Part shown: positions 25,560-41,989 of the stretch, in pieces
How the letters are laid out: every line of letters starts with the position of its first letter
Position numbering within the stretch: position 1 is the stretch's first letter
NCBI RefSeq assembly: GCF_009914755.1
Contig: NC_060931.1
Direction: 5' to 3' (one strand)
DNA: 64,000 bases
Source of the DNA: the human T2T-CHM13v2.0 reference genome, Homo sapiens
Made by a program: the position numbers and the translations under genes
Notes under the pieces: generated by a model
The model's input: only the letters and a program-made list of their open reading frames with translations
Told to the model about the DNA's origin: nothing
Database searches by the model: none

Positions 25560-26490
25560 AACCACAAAATAGTAAATGAAAACCAATATCACATTCCTGG
25601 AGGGATTGCAGAGATTAGTGTCACTGTCTAGGTCTTGAAAGATGCAGAGACAGTGATTTCTACCACATCCCAATTCAACTTGCAGGTGAATCTTGGGAAA
25701 TGATTGAAGAAAATAGCAGTTGCTATTCCAGATGTGGTTTTGCTGTGTTAGAAAAGTAATGCAGCCTCTGGTATCTGACACACTGTTCTGTATCCTGTGA
25801 TTTTTTTTTCTCTATATATCTGCTGAGAAACATCACCAGAAGAAATTTTCTTTTCAGCTAGCCATGTCTTCATGGGCCTATCTGAGGAGTAGATCAACTC
25901 TTCTGCCTTATTCATAATTTAGTTGCCTTTTCTTCGATAAGACATAATGTTGGTCCATTACATTGATAACATTATGATGATAAGACATGCTGGATTAGTT
26001 TAAGTTACAAAAGAAGAAATGCTTCCATTAGGGGACACAACAACGATTCCATTAAACTAGCAGTTAAGACCGACACCTGGCCGCTTAGGTTTCTCCTGCT
26101 TGTGAATCAACAGACAAAGGAGGAGGTACTGGGCTGACTAGGGTGATTGACACTAGGTATCAAGGAGAAATTAGGTTTCTGCTACACTGCTGAGGTGAGA
26201 AAGAATATGTCCAAAATAAAGGTGATCCCCTAGGTCACTTCTTAGTATTCCTATGTGCTATAATTAACATGAGTGAAAAAAATGGAGCATCTTTCAGACA
26301 AAACATCTAATAGCCCAGATCCTTCAAATGTGAAAAATTGGGTGACCGCATCAGACAAGAAATGATGACCAGCCAAGGTGTTTGCTTTGGGAAAAGGAAA
26401 TATGAATGGAGAGCTGAAGAATATAGTTATACATATTAGCTATGACCTCGTGACTGGATGCCGAAATGAGAACTGTAACAGTTGTAAGTA
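25560..26490 (+). pseudogene. ERV-L internal remnant: RT N-terminal half joined to dUTPase/C-terminal pol; inactivated
   Basis: Hand translation gives HIPGGIAEISVT (about 25590), TTSQFN, DIMLVHYIDNIM (YIDD motif decayed, about 25960), then MLPLGDTTTIPLN, GVIDT-YQGEI and GDPLGHFLVFLC of ERV-L dUTPase; many stops and indels. Confidence 0.85.
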
Positions 26491-26559
26491 TATCCTCTTG
26501 ATCTCAATAGAAAAACGTTTATAATAACATAAAAATAAGCTAGTATATTAAATCCTAAA

Positions 26560-26775
26560 TCTTGAGAAAGTGTACCTGTAATGACAAATTGAGCCAGATC
26601 AAGCACTTATGTCATCCTCCATCCAGTTACCCCAGGGTTATTCCCACACATGGCCCACAGGCTCTTGTCAATCTTTTCTTATGGGACTTTGTATTTTTCT
26701 CCTGAAAGAATGTTGTTGTCTAATTCTCATTATAAGTTGGAAGCTATACGAAATGGAAGGGTTAACTGTGGCATG
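26560..26775 (-). mobile_element. ERV-L gag-region remnant (antisense)
   Basis: caaattgagccagatcaagcacttatgt...ttattcccacacatggccca resembles antisense ERV-L gag. Confidence 0.5.
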
Positions 26776-29241
26776 TGTATGAGGCTTTTCTTGCATTGCT
26801 ATAAAGAAATACCTGGGACTGGTAAATTTGTTTTAAAAAGAGGTTTAATTGGTTTACAGTTCTGCAGGCTTTACAGGAAACATGAGACTGGCATCTGCTC
26901 AGCTTCTAAGGAGAGGCCTCTGGAAGCTTACAGTCATTAGCTGGTACCTCACATGGCAAAAACAGGAACAAGTCAGCAGGTGGGTGGGGGGGGTGCCACA
27001 CACTTTTAAAAGACCAGATCTCTCGTGAGGACTCATTATTATGAAGACAGCACTAAGCCATGAAGGATCCACCCCCATGATCCAAACACTTTCCACCAGG
27101 CCTCACTTGGAATTACAATTCAACATGAGATTTGGACAGGGTTTAATATCCAAACTGTAACATTCCACCCCTGCCCCCTCCCAAATCCCACGTCCTTCTC
27201 ACATTGCAAAATATAGTCATGCCTTCCCCACTGACCCTCATAGTCTTAACTCATTAATGGAAAGCGTTAACTGAAAAGTCCAAAGTCTCATCTGAGACAA
27301 AGCAAATCCCTTTCACCTATGAGCCTGTAAAATAAAAAACAAGTTAGTTACTTCCAAGGTACAATGCGCATATAGGAATTGGGTAAACATTTTTATTTCA
27401 AAAAGGAGACATAAGCCAAAAGAAAGGTGCTACAGGCCCCATGCAAGTTCAAAACCCAGCAGGGCAGTTACTAAATCTTAAAGTTTCAAAATAATCTACT
27501 TTTTTCATATCCCATATCCAGGGCACACTGGAGCAAGGTGGGGGTGGGGGGGCTCCCAAGGCCTTGGGTAGCCCCGCTTCTGTGGCTTTGCAAGGTGCAG
27601 CCCCCATGGTTGCTTTTACAGGTTGTTGGGTGCCTTGTGACTTTTCCAGGCACGGGGTGCAAGCTGCCAGGGCTCTACCACTCTGAAATCTGGAGAATGG
27701 TGACCCCTTTCTTATAGCTCCACTATGCAGTGCCCCTCAAGGATTCTATGTGGGGGCTCTGACTCCACAATTTCCCTCTGCACTGTCCTAATAGAGGTTC
27801 TCTGTGGGGGCTCACCTCATAGCAGGCTTCTGCCTGGGCACCCATAGTTTTCCATACATCCTCTGAAATCTAGGTGGAGGGTGTCAAGCCTCATTCATTC
27901 TTGCACTCTTTGCACCCTTAGGCTTAACACCACATGGAAACCACTAAGGCTCATAGTTTTTGCCCTCTGGAGTGGCAGCCCAAGCTGTAGCTGTACCTGG
28001 GCACCTTTGAGCCAAGACTGGAGCTGACACAGCGAGGAAGTGGGGAGTATTATTTCAAGGCTTTGCAGGGCAGTGGTGCCCTGGGCCTGTCCCACTAAAC
28101 TATCATTTTCTCCTAGGCCTATGGGCCTGTCATGAGAGGGCTGCCTAGAAGGTCTATGAAATGCCTTCCAGGCCTTTTCCTCATTGTCTTGGATATTAGC
28201 ATTTGACTCCATTTTAGTTATGGAAATATCTCCAGCAAGAGGTTGCTCCACAGCTTGCTTGAATTCCTCTCCCAAAAGAGCTTTTTCTTTCTCTGCCCCA
28301 TGACCAGGCTGCAAATTTACCAAACTTTTACACTCTGCTTCTTTTCTAAAATAAATTGCAGCTTTAGGTCACTTATTTGCTCCTGCATCTGAGGGTAGGT
28401 TGTTGGAAGCGTCCAGACCACATCTTGAATGCTTTGCTGCTTAGAAATTTCTTTCAGCCCCTAGGTTATCACTCTTCAGTTCAAACTTCCACAGATTCCT
28501 AGGGCATGAACACAATGTAGCCAAGCTCTTTGCTAAGGCTTAACACATGTGACCTTTGCTCCAGGTCCCTATGAGTTTCTCATTTCCATCTGAGACCTTG
28601 GCAGCCTGGATTTTACTGTCCATATCACTATCAGCATTTTGCTCACAGCCATTTAAATAGTCTCTGAGTAGTTCCAAAATTTTTCTTACCTTGCTGTCTT
28701 CTGCTGAGTCCTCCAGACTCTTCCTATCTCTGCCTGTTAACCAGTTTCAAAGCTACTTTCACATTTTCAGGTATCTTTATAACAATATCCTAGTCCTATT
28801 ATGATTTTTTTTTTGTATTGGGTAATTCTTGCATTGCTATAAAGGAATACCTGAGACTAGGTAATTCATAAAGTAAAGAAGTGTAATTGGCTCACAGTTC
28901 TGCAGTATTTACAGGAAAGCATGGTGCTGGCATCTGCTCAGCTTCTAAGAATGCTTCACGAAGCTTACAGCAATGTTGGAAGGCAAAGGGGAAACCAGCA
29001 CATCACATGGCAAAAGCAGGAGCAAGTGAAAGAGAGGGAGAGGGAGAAGGTGCTGGGTGGGGGAAGGTGCCACACAACTTTAAATGACAAGATCTTGTGA
29101 AAACTAACTGTCATGAAGACAGCTCCATGCCATGAGGAATCTGCCCCCATGATCCAAACATCTCTCAGGGGGCCTCATCTCCAGCATTGGGGATTACAGA
29201 GCAATAAGATTTGGGTGGGGACAAATATTTAAACTATATCA
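26776..29241 (-). mobile_element. Full-length MSTA MaLR provirus (LTR 26776-27162, internal 27163-28813, LTR 28814-29241)
   Basis: Two homologous LTRs (ttgcattgctataaag...ggcatctgctcagcttcta...gtgccacac) flank about 1.65 kb of MaLR internal sequence; ORF 27895..28323 is a MaLR ORF fragment. Confidence 0.9.
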
Positions 29242-29244
29242 GCC

Positions 29245-32200
29245 TATAAACTAAAAATAAAATCCTAAGCCCCCAACCAACTGAACAGATTTCCTCTTGG
29301 CCATAGGAATCCCAGAAAAACCTTAAAAACTGAATTCCTGGCTGTATTAGTCTATTTTCACACTGCTGATAAAGACATACCTGAGACTGGTTAATTTATA
29401 AAGAAAAGAGGTTTAATTGACTCACAGTTCCACATGGCTGGGGTGCCCTCACAGTCATGGCAGAAGACAAAGAAAGAGCAAAGGCACATCTTACTTAGCA
29501 GCCAGCAAAAAGAAAATGAGAGCCAAGTGAGAACAAGAGCCAAGTGAAAATGAGAGCCAAGCCACTCTTATAAAACTATCAGATCTCGTGAGACTTATTC
29601 ATTATCACAAGAACAGTATGGGGGAAACTGCCCTTATGATTCAGTTATTTCCCACTGGGTTATTCCTATACCATGTGGGAACTGTGGGAGCTATAATTCA
29701 AGATGAGATTTGGGTGGGGACACAGCCAAACCATATCATTCCACTCCTGGCCCCTCCAAAATCTCATGTGCTCACATTTCAAAACCAATCATGCCTTCCC
29801 AACAGTCCCCCAAATTCTTAACTCATTTCAGCATTAACTCAGAAGTCCATAGTTCAAAGTGTCATCTGAGATAAGGCAAGTCTCTTCCGCCTATGAGCCT
29901 GTGAAATAAAAATCAAGTTAGTTACTTCCTAGATACATGGGGGTACAAGCGTTGGGTAAATACAGCCGTTCCAAGTGGGAGAAATTAACCAAAAGAAAGG
30001 GGCTAAAGGCCCCACTCAAGTCCAAAATCTAGTAGGGCAGTCAAATCTTAAAGCTCCAAAATGATCTCCTTTGACTCCACATCTCACATCACGCTGATGC
30101 AATAGGTGGGTTCCCATGGTCTTGCCCAGCTCTGCCCCTGTGGATTTGCAGGGTGCAGCCTCCGTCCTGGCTGGTGTCATGGGTGCTCATTGAGTGTCTG
30201 TTGATTTTCCAGGCACATGGTGCAAGCTGTTGGTGGACCTACCATTCTGGGGTCTGGAGAATAGTGGCCCTCTTCTCACCACTCCACTAGGCAGTGCCCC
30301 AGAAGGAACTCTGTGTGGAGGCTCTGACCCCACATTTCCCTTCCACACTGCTCTGGCAGAGATTCTCTATAAGGGCCCTGCCCCTGCAGCAAACTTCTGC
30401 CTGGGCATCCAGGCATTTCCATACATCCTCTGAAATTGAGGCAGAGGTTCCCAAACCTCAATCTTTGACTTCTATGTACCTGCATGCTCAATACCACGTG
30501 GAAGCTGCAAATGCTTGAGCTTGCACCCTCTGAAGCAACAGCCCGAGCTGTACTTTGACCCCATTTAGCCATGGCTGGAGTGGCTGGGATGCAGGGCACC
30601 AAGTCCCTAGGCTGCACAGAGCAGGGGGACCCTCGGCCCAGCCCACAAACCCATTTTTTTCTCCTAGGCCTCCAGGCCTATAATAGGAGTGGCTGCCATG
30701 TAGACCTCTGACATGCCCTGGAGACATTTTCCCAATGGTCTTGGCAATTAACATTTGGCTTCTCGTTACTTATGCAAATTTCTGTAGCTGGCTTGAAATT
30801 CTCCTCAGAAAATGGGTTTCTCTTTTCTATTGCATCAGCAGGCTGCAAATTTGCTGAAATTTTATGCTTTGTTTCCCTTTTAAAACTGGATACTTTTAAC
30901 AATACCCAAGTCACCTCTTGAATGCTTTGCTGCTTAGAAATTTATTTCATCAGATACCCTAAATCATCTCCCTCAAGTTCAAAGTTCCACAAATCTCTAG
31001 GGCAGAGGCCAAATGCTACCAGTCTCTTTGCTAAAACATAACAAGAGTCTCTTTTACTCTAGTTCTCAACAAGTTTCTCATCTCCAACTGAGACCACCTC
31101 AGCCTGGAGTTCATTGCCCATATCATTATCAGCATATTGGTCACAGCCATTCAAAAAATCTGTAGGAAGTTCCAAACTTTCCCATACTTTCCTGTCTTCT
31201 GAGCCCTCCAGATTGTTCCAACCTCTGCCTGTTACCCAGTTCCAAAGTCACTTCCATATTTTCAGGTATCTTTATAGCAGTGCCCTGCTCTATCAGTACC
31301 TATTTACTTTATTAGTCAGTTTTCATGCTGCTAATACGACATACCCAGACTGGGTAATTTATAAAGAAAAGAAGTTTAACTGACTGACAGTTCCACACAG
31401 CTGGGGCGGCCTGACAATCATGGAAGAAGGTGACGGAAGAGCAAAGGGACTTCTTAATGGTGGCTGGCAAAGACAAAATGAGAGCCAAGCAAAAGGGGTT
31501 TCCTCTTATAAAACCATCAGATCTCATGAGACTTATTCATTACCAAGAGTATAATATGGGGGAACCTGCCCCTGTGATTCAATTGTCTTCCACTGAGTCC
31601 CTCCCATGACATGTGGGAGCTACAGTTCAAGATGATATTTGGGTGGGGTCACAGTCAAACCATATAACTGGCCATGATGGGAAGAGAGGTCAGACATGCC
31701 TTTATCTCATCCCTTTTGGAGTTTAGGCACAACAACTGACCAGCATGAATGTCAAAATAGATATTACAAGACTGACAAAAAAGACTTTTGTGGCAACAAA
31801 ATATCAAATTATAAACAAAACCTAAGGCAAGGCAAGGCAAGCATTAAGTCTTGCCTGCAGGCAATCAGTCTTATTAAATAGGTCATATTACGGCTGACTC
31901 TAACACACCATCCTTATTTGAACTTAAACATTCCTTTCTGTTAACTCCAAGTTTTTAGACAAATCTTTGTTCCTTTAACCAATTTCAGATTAACAAATCT
32001 CAATCCATCTATGACTTGCAAGACCCCACTTCAAGATATTCCACCTTTTCGGGCAAAATCAATGTATACCTTTCATGTATTGATTTATGTCTTTGCCTAT
32101 AACTCCTGCCTTCCTGAACTTATCCAGTAATCCAGCTGCCTCAGAATCACTTATTCAAGGCTTCTTGGGTTTGTGCTTTCTCCAGGTGATGGTCACTCAT

Positions 32201-32258
32201 AATGGCTCAGAATAAACCTCTTTAAGGTATTGTATAGAGTTTGTTTTTCTCCATTAAC
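29245..32258 (+). mobile_element. MER4C/MER4CL34-like ERV1 LTR, split by THE1B (pieces 29245-29342 and 31668-32258)
   Basis: taaactaaaaataaaatcctaagccccc...tgaattcctggc | catgatgggaagagaggtcagacatgcc...cacaacaactgaccagcat...ggctcagaataaacctcttt. Confidence 0.85.
29343..31667 (-). mobile_element. Full-length THE1B-like MaLR provirus (LTR 29343-29738, internal, LTR 31308-31667)
   Basis: Two THE1 LTRs ending gggtggggacacagccaaaccatatca / catataa; perfect 5-bp TSD CTGGC at 29338-29342 and 31668-31672. Confidence 0.93.
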
Positions 32259-32259
32259 T

Positions 32260-32520
32260 GGAGGATAATAGAAACCTCTTTATGAGGCACCTTCTTGGGT
32301 GACGTTATTACTCAAAGTTTTTAAGCACAAGACAGCCTGTCTCCAGACTGAGAGAGAGACCGCTTCCATTAGTTAGGTTGTCCATGGGTATTGACTTTTA
32401 GCATCCCATTTTCCAACAACAATGAAGTCATCATTAATTCAGGTCAAACTGGTGAGCCTTCAAATTTTTAAATCTTATCTCAAAGGTCTGTTTCATGAGC
32501 TCACTCTTGGTACCCAGCTG
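32260..32520 (-). mobile_element. ERV-L internal 5' end (leader / gag start)
   Basis: ccatgggtattgacttttagcatc...ggtctgtttcatgagctcactcttggtaccc resembles the antisense ERVL leader next to an LTR. Confidence 0.5.
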
Positions 32521-32891
32521 CTGTCAGCCAAGGTAAAGCTAAGAGAACAAAAAATCTATTCCTGGAGTCCAAGAGAGGAAATGTAATGTGAGGAACTGCT
32601 TATGAAGTTGTCAAAAGAGATAAAAATGAGAAAGTAAGGCATCTCAGAGATTAATAATGACTGATTAACAACTTACAAAATAATAACACAAATTTTTGTG
32701 TTAGGGCTAGAGGGTCATCTGGGAAAAAATGGGGTTACTATACGACAGGAGCTGGAACTGCCTGGTAGGACAGAGAAGCATGGTGGAAAGGATAGGTGAT
32801 GAGGGCTGGAGCTGTGAAGAAGCTGCCTGGAGGAAGATGAGATGAAGTAAAGAGACATCCCAGTAGGAGATTAAATCACAGAGGACAACTA

Positions 32892-34179
32892 TTAGGCTGG
32901 TGCAAAAGCAATTGTGGTTTTGGACTATGAATTTTCAATAATTATAACTAAGCTCAAACACATCATTATTAATCAAAATAGGAACCATTACAATCAACAC
33001 ATTTTTGACAATGAGAAGTAAGTTGGTTTATTCCTATAGTGTAAAAATCCATGTTTTGGGATTCAATGAACTCTAGGAAAGCATTTTCTGCATTCTATTG
33101 GCTGTGGAAGCATTTTCCCTGCAAAAAGTTGTTGAGATGCTTGAAGAAGTGGTAGTCAGTTGGCGAGAGGTCAGGTGAATATGGCAAGTGAGGCAAAACT
33201 TTGTAGCCAGTTCATTCAACTTTTGAAGTCTTGGTTGTGCGACATGCGGTCGGTGTTGTTGTGGAGAATTGGGCCCTTTCTGTTGACCAATGCTGGCTAC
33301 AGGTGTTACAGTTTTCAGTGCACCTCATCAATTTCCTGAGCATACTTCTCAGATGTAATGGTTTTGCTGGGATTCAGAAAGCTGTAGTGGATCAGACCAG
33401 CAGCAGACCACCAAACAGTTGCCATGACCTTTTTTTTTTTGGTGTAAATTTTGATTTGGGAAGTGCTTTGGAGCTTCTTCTTGGTCCAACCACTGAGCTT
33501 GTCATCACCAGTTGTCATATAAAATCTACTTTCTGTCACTTGTCACAATCTGATAGAGAAATGATTCGTTGTTGTTGTGTAGCATAAGAGAAGAAGACAC
33601 TTGAAAACGACAATTTTTTTGATTTTTGCTCAGCCCATGAGGTACCTACTTATTGAACATTTTTACCTTTCCAATTTGCTTCAAATGCTGAATGACCTTA
33701 GAATGGTTGATGTTGAGTTTGTCAGGAACTTCTAGCATAGTCGTAAGAGGATCAGCTTCGATGATTGCTCTCAATTGGTCATTGTCAAGTTCTGGTGGCT
33801 GTCCACCACACTCCTCATCTTCAAGGTTCTCATCTCCTTTGCAAAACTTGAACCACCATGGCACTGTATGTTCATTAGCAGTTCCTGTGTCAAAAGCATT
33901 GTTAATGTTATGAGTTGTCTCCACTGCTTTAGGACCCATTTTGAATTAGAATAAGAAAATCACTTGAAATCGCTTTTTGTGTGATGTTATTTCCATAGTC
34001 TAAAATAAACATAAAATAAACAAGAAATTGGCAAAAATAAATAAATAAATAAATAATACAGAGAGAAATGCCCAATAAAATGTTGTATAACATAAAGAGA
34101 TTTATTTAATAATGTATTCCAATATCAAATGACAAATTCCAACAATGCAAAAACCACAATTACTTTTGCACTCACTGAG
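32892..34179 (-). mobile_element. Full-length Hsmar1 mariner DNA transposon (1288 bp)
   Basis: TIRs ttaggctggtgcaaaagcaattgtggtttt and aaaaccacaattacttttgcac, TA on both flanks (32890-91, 34180-81); transposase homology throughout. Confidence 0.96.
32969..33996 (-). pseudogene. Hsmar1 transposase, disrupted
   Basis: ORF track: NINNAFDTGTANEHTV..DNDQLRAIIEADPLTT, VWWSAAGLIHYSFLNP; YSPDLSPTDY and terminal GSYFD* readable; in-frame stops, frameshifts and a decayed HDNA motif. Confidence 0.93.
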
Positions 34180-34395
34180 TAGATGTACCTAGGAGTGCCA
34201 TACAAAGAGGAGGGAGAGAGTAGGAACAGCTGAGATTCTCTCTTCCTCCTGCTTCTAGTCTACCATCCTACTCTCCACTGACCAAACCTGCCTAAAACCA
34301 GTAGACAACAAACCTGGGGAACGTAATTCTTATGCATCTACCCCTTAAATTGCAGAGCACAGCAATAGAAATGTACAAAGTGAATCTGAAAGTAA

Positions 34396-37941
<3,546 letters not shown>

Positions 37942-38070
37942 AAACAAATGACCAGCATGTTGATTTTTTTTCCTTAAAACTTGCAGTGTAAAGGATAAAC
38001 CAAATTGGAAGTGACATTTTCTATACCAGGTCAATGTCTTTTCTCAGTAAGCATGCATCTCCTTGACTAC

Positions 38071-38672
38071 TGTATTCATTTTTTTCTGTAGCTGCGTAAA
38101 AAATTAATGGGTTGAAACAACATACACTCATCTCACAGTTTTAGTGTAGCAGAATCTGTGCATGGCTTAGCTGGATCTTCTGCTCAGCATCAAACAAGAC
38201 TGCAGTCAAACTGTTGTTTGGGCTGCAGTCTCATCATCAGTTTGACTGAGGAAAGAGCCCCTTCTAAGCTTCCTCAGGTTGTTTGCAGAATTAATTTTTC
38301 TTGCAGCTATGGAACTCACGATGTCTTCTTCAAGGCCAGCAAAAGTGCTTCTCTTCAACACGGACCTAGTCTCTTGTAGGGCTTTTCAACTGATTGTCAG
38401 ATTCATTCAGGATAATTTCCCACTTGATTAACTAAAAATCAATTTATTTGGGACCTTACACTACATCTGAAAAATTTCTCCACCTTTGCCATGGTACATA
38501 ACCTAAATACAAGGAATGAACTTTTATTCTAATCATTCCCAAATAGAAGGAATGATCTTTTATTCAAAGATCTTGCCCACATTCAAGGTGGGGAGGATTA
38601 TGTAGGGTGTATATACATTGAGGGGTTGGGGGGGCAAGAATCATGGGGTCTTCTGAGAATTATGCCTACCTC
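38071..38672 (-). mobile_element. MLT1E-like MaLR solo LTR
   Basis: catggcttagctggatcttctgctcag...gcagaattaatttttcttgcagct...gcccacattcaaggtggggaggatta...gaattatgcctacc. Confidence 0.8.
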
Positions 38673-39294
38673 CGGTGCTTTGTATAATCTTCATATTTTT
38701 CCCACATATAGAAGTCATATTTCAGAAGTTCCACTGTTGAATTTTTTTCTAGTTCTGTCAGTTGACATAATTGCCTTTTTTTAGAAAAGGCAACTTCCAT
38801 TCCATAGTCTCAGAGATAATGATAAGAAGCCCAGTACATGGTGATTGCACTTTCTAATTTTATTCTAAGTTTACTGGTAACAGATTATATCATCAGAATT
38901 GAAGAAACAAATATAATGTACTGCTGAGTTATTCAGTTACTGGGAGGAGATAATAGTATTTCTAATGATTGATGAATGAAGTCAGCAAAACTAGAGGTGA
39001 GTATGTGGTAAACTGGAAGCGTAGAACAAAACATTTAATTTATTACCTTAAGGAGCTTTTATTTTATGAACAGTGGTCCCTTGGATTATAAATCTACATT
39101 TATGGGCTCTCCAAAGAGCTGTCACCTTAGAATAGAAAGCACTGCAGTCCACAGAGTGAAGATCAGCGTCTTTACAGAACTGATGGTAGATAGATGCTCA
39201 TTATTTGAATAATCCATATGCAAGACTCTAGAAAGTGGTGTGGGGATCCCTATTTTGGGAAGCTATACATTATAACAGGTATTTTTAAGGGCCA

Positions 39295-39423
39295 AGTTTG
39301 TGGTCATGGCTCTGAGACTCATTGCTGGGTGAATTTGAACAATTTTCTTAACCTCTTTAGGACAGCTTCTTTCATCTATAAATGAATTGGTGGATTCTAA
39401 AGTTGAAGGCTCCAACATTCTAT
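39295..39423 (+). mobile_element. MIR3-like SINE
   Basis: ttgctgggtgaatttgaacaattttcttaacctct...catctataaatg...ctccaacattctat. Confidence 0.5.
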
Positions 39424-40086
39424 ATGTCTTAAAATTATAGTAGAGATGCTATTTAGGTGCCTTAGAATTTGGAATCCTTGCTTTTCGTTTTTTAAAAGGA
39501 GAAGGATTTCAAGTGCATGGTGTGTTGTCAGCTGGGAAAAAGAAAACACAGAGAACACAAAACGTAAGACCCTCATTAACTAGATGGTAATACACATAGC
39601 CCTTATTGTTTTCATGTCATAAAGAAAAACCTCCTCAGTATGGCTTTGAAACCTTTCCTGTTTTTGTTCCCTCCTGCTGAAGCAACAAGAGCCCTTGCCT
39701 TACTTTATGTATTTCATATGTCACATCCTCTCTTGATTTTGACTGAAAGATACATTCTCAGTTTCTTAATCTGACACGCTATTTCCCCTTTAAGGTGGAA
39801 GCCAGAATGTCTGTGACATATCCTCCACTCCTCCTTCCCCTAGGCTGTAGAGATCTTCCCAGCATTTATTGTGCAGGCGTTGCCTGTGTCATTGCAAGTT
39901 CTGTAGTGACATCATCCTGTTTCTTTGAGGCAGGGACCTTAATTGTTGCTATTGGCTTAAATGATTAAGTGAATGTATATATTAGACTTTACCCTACATT
40001 TAAGTATTCCAGGGGTAAGATAAAGGGGTCTCCCTTCTCTCTAGTAAGCCATAGGCTTTCAATAATAGAATTTTAAAGAATAGCAT

Positions 40087-40432
40087 TGCCATAGTTTGAG
40101 TATGTCTTCTAACAATCATGTGTTAGAAATTGAATCCCCGGTGAAACAGTGTTGGGAGGTGGAGCTAAGTGGAAAGTGTTTGGATCATAAGGGCTTCACC
40201 CTCATGAATGAATTTATGCCCATTGTAAAAGAGCTTGAGACTGCCAGTTGGTTGTTTTGCTCTCTTTTTGCCCTTTTATCATCGGATGACACAGCCAGAA
40301 GTCCCTCACAAGATGTGGGCTCCCTGACATTGGACTTCCTGACCTTCAGAACTATAAGAAATAAATCTGTTTTATTATAAATTACCCAGTGTCAGGTCTT
40401 CTGTTACAGCAGCACAACATGAATTAAAAACA
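40087..40432 (+). mobile_element. MSTD-like MaLR solo LTR
   Basis: tgccatagtttgagtatgtc...accctcatgaatga...ttggacttcc...ataaattacccagtgtcagg...cagcagcacaa. Confidence 0.85.
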
Positions 40433-40454
40433 AATATATGCATCACTTTTTAAT

Positions 40455-40605
40455 TTAACAAATATGTAACACTTATTGTGTAGCTGGCATTGTTCTACGC
40501 ACTACACACACTAATTTAATTCTTATAACAACTCTATGAGGTCATTGCTGTTATTGTCTCTGTTTTATGGACAAGAGCTGAGGCACAGAGAAGTAACTTC
40601 CCCAG
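40455..40605 (-). mobile_element. MIR SINE
   Basis: tttaattcttataacaactctatgaggt...ctgaggcacagagaagtaactt. Confidence 0.75.
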
Positions 40606-41183
40606 TGATCTTGTTTGTCTCATGATGAAAACCAGTGTTTTCTTTTTTCCCCAGCGTTTAAAGTGGTCTGTGTAGTAAAACAATTTTTAAAAAGAGAAAC
40701 ACAATCATTGTTTTTTCCTCTAGAATGTCCAACTGAAAAGTAGTTGTTTTTAAATCAATTAGGAGATTCTAGTTTTGAAGTTGAGCCCTATTGTTGACAA
40801 GAAGGGAGCACTAAAGGAAACCCTTGGGACTAGCCCCATAATGTTGGCTCTCTCTAGTTTTCACACAGAAAGATAACTCTTAAATTAAAAACCAGTTACT
40901 AATAGAGCAAAACGAAAAGGTTGAGACAGCATGACACAGAATGGGCAATTACTTTTAGAGGACTTTTTCTCCAATATTTCTAATAAAATGGGACATGTTT
41001 CCTCAATGCTGCTTTGAAGAAAATATTGCTAACTTAAATATAACTTAAATCACAATAATAACAATCCATGATAGAGGAAAGAAATCGCACTTTTCTAGTT
41101 TTCTTTTATTTGCATTTAATAGTGTGGCAAAGCTTTAGAGACCTTTTCCAAGATTGCTTTAGCAAATTTGTGCCTTTGATCAA

Positions 41184-41218
41184 ACACACACCATACCACA
41201 CACACAGACACACACGCA

Positions 41219-41251
<33 letters not shown>
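41184..41251. repeat. (CA)n microsatellite, imperfect 5' part
   Basis: Directly visible. Confidence 0.9.
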
Positions 41252-41254
<3 letters not shown>

Positions 41255-41583
41255 TATTTTGAAATCCAGTTGCTTTAATGGTCATCATAATGATGCTGTC
41301 TATACTCAGCTTCTCAATACTTCTTTTATGACCAAGAACTAGACAATTGTCAATACAGAAAAGTCAAGGAGGTAAACCATGTGACAAAATGTAAACAGGT
41401 GTTCAATAACAATGTCTTATGAAAATGACTGGTGTTAGAACAGCAGAAGGATTTGAGATCATCTGAGGTTTACATCTCTATGGGCCCTCTTGCCTATCTG
41501 GGGGCTAGGCTTATGGGGGACATGCAATAATACATTTATTCAACAAATAAATTTGTGAGTGTGCCAATAAAAAACTAAGGCCT

Positions 41584-41989
<406 letters not shown>

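Noticed and set aside
33231-33913. + strand ORFs of 118 and 73 aa
   Set aside because: Antisense frames of the Hsmar1 transposase
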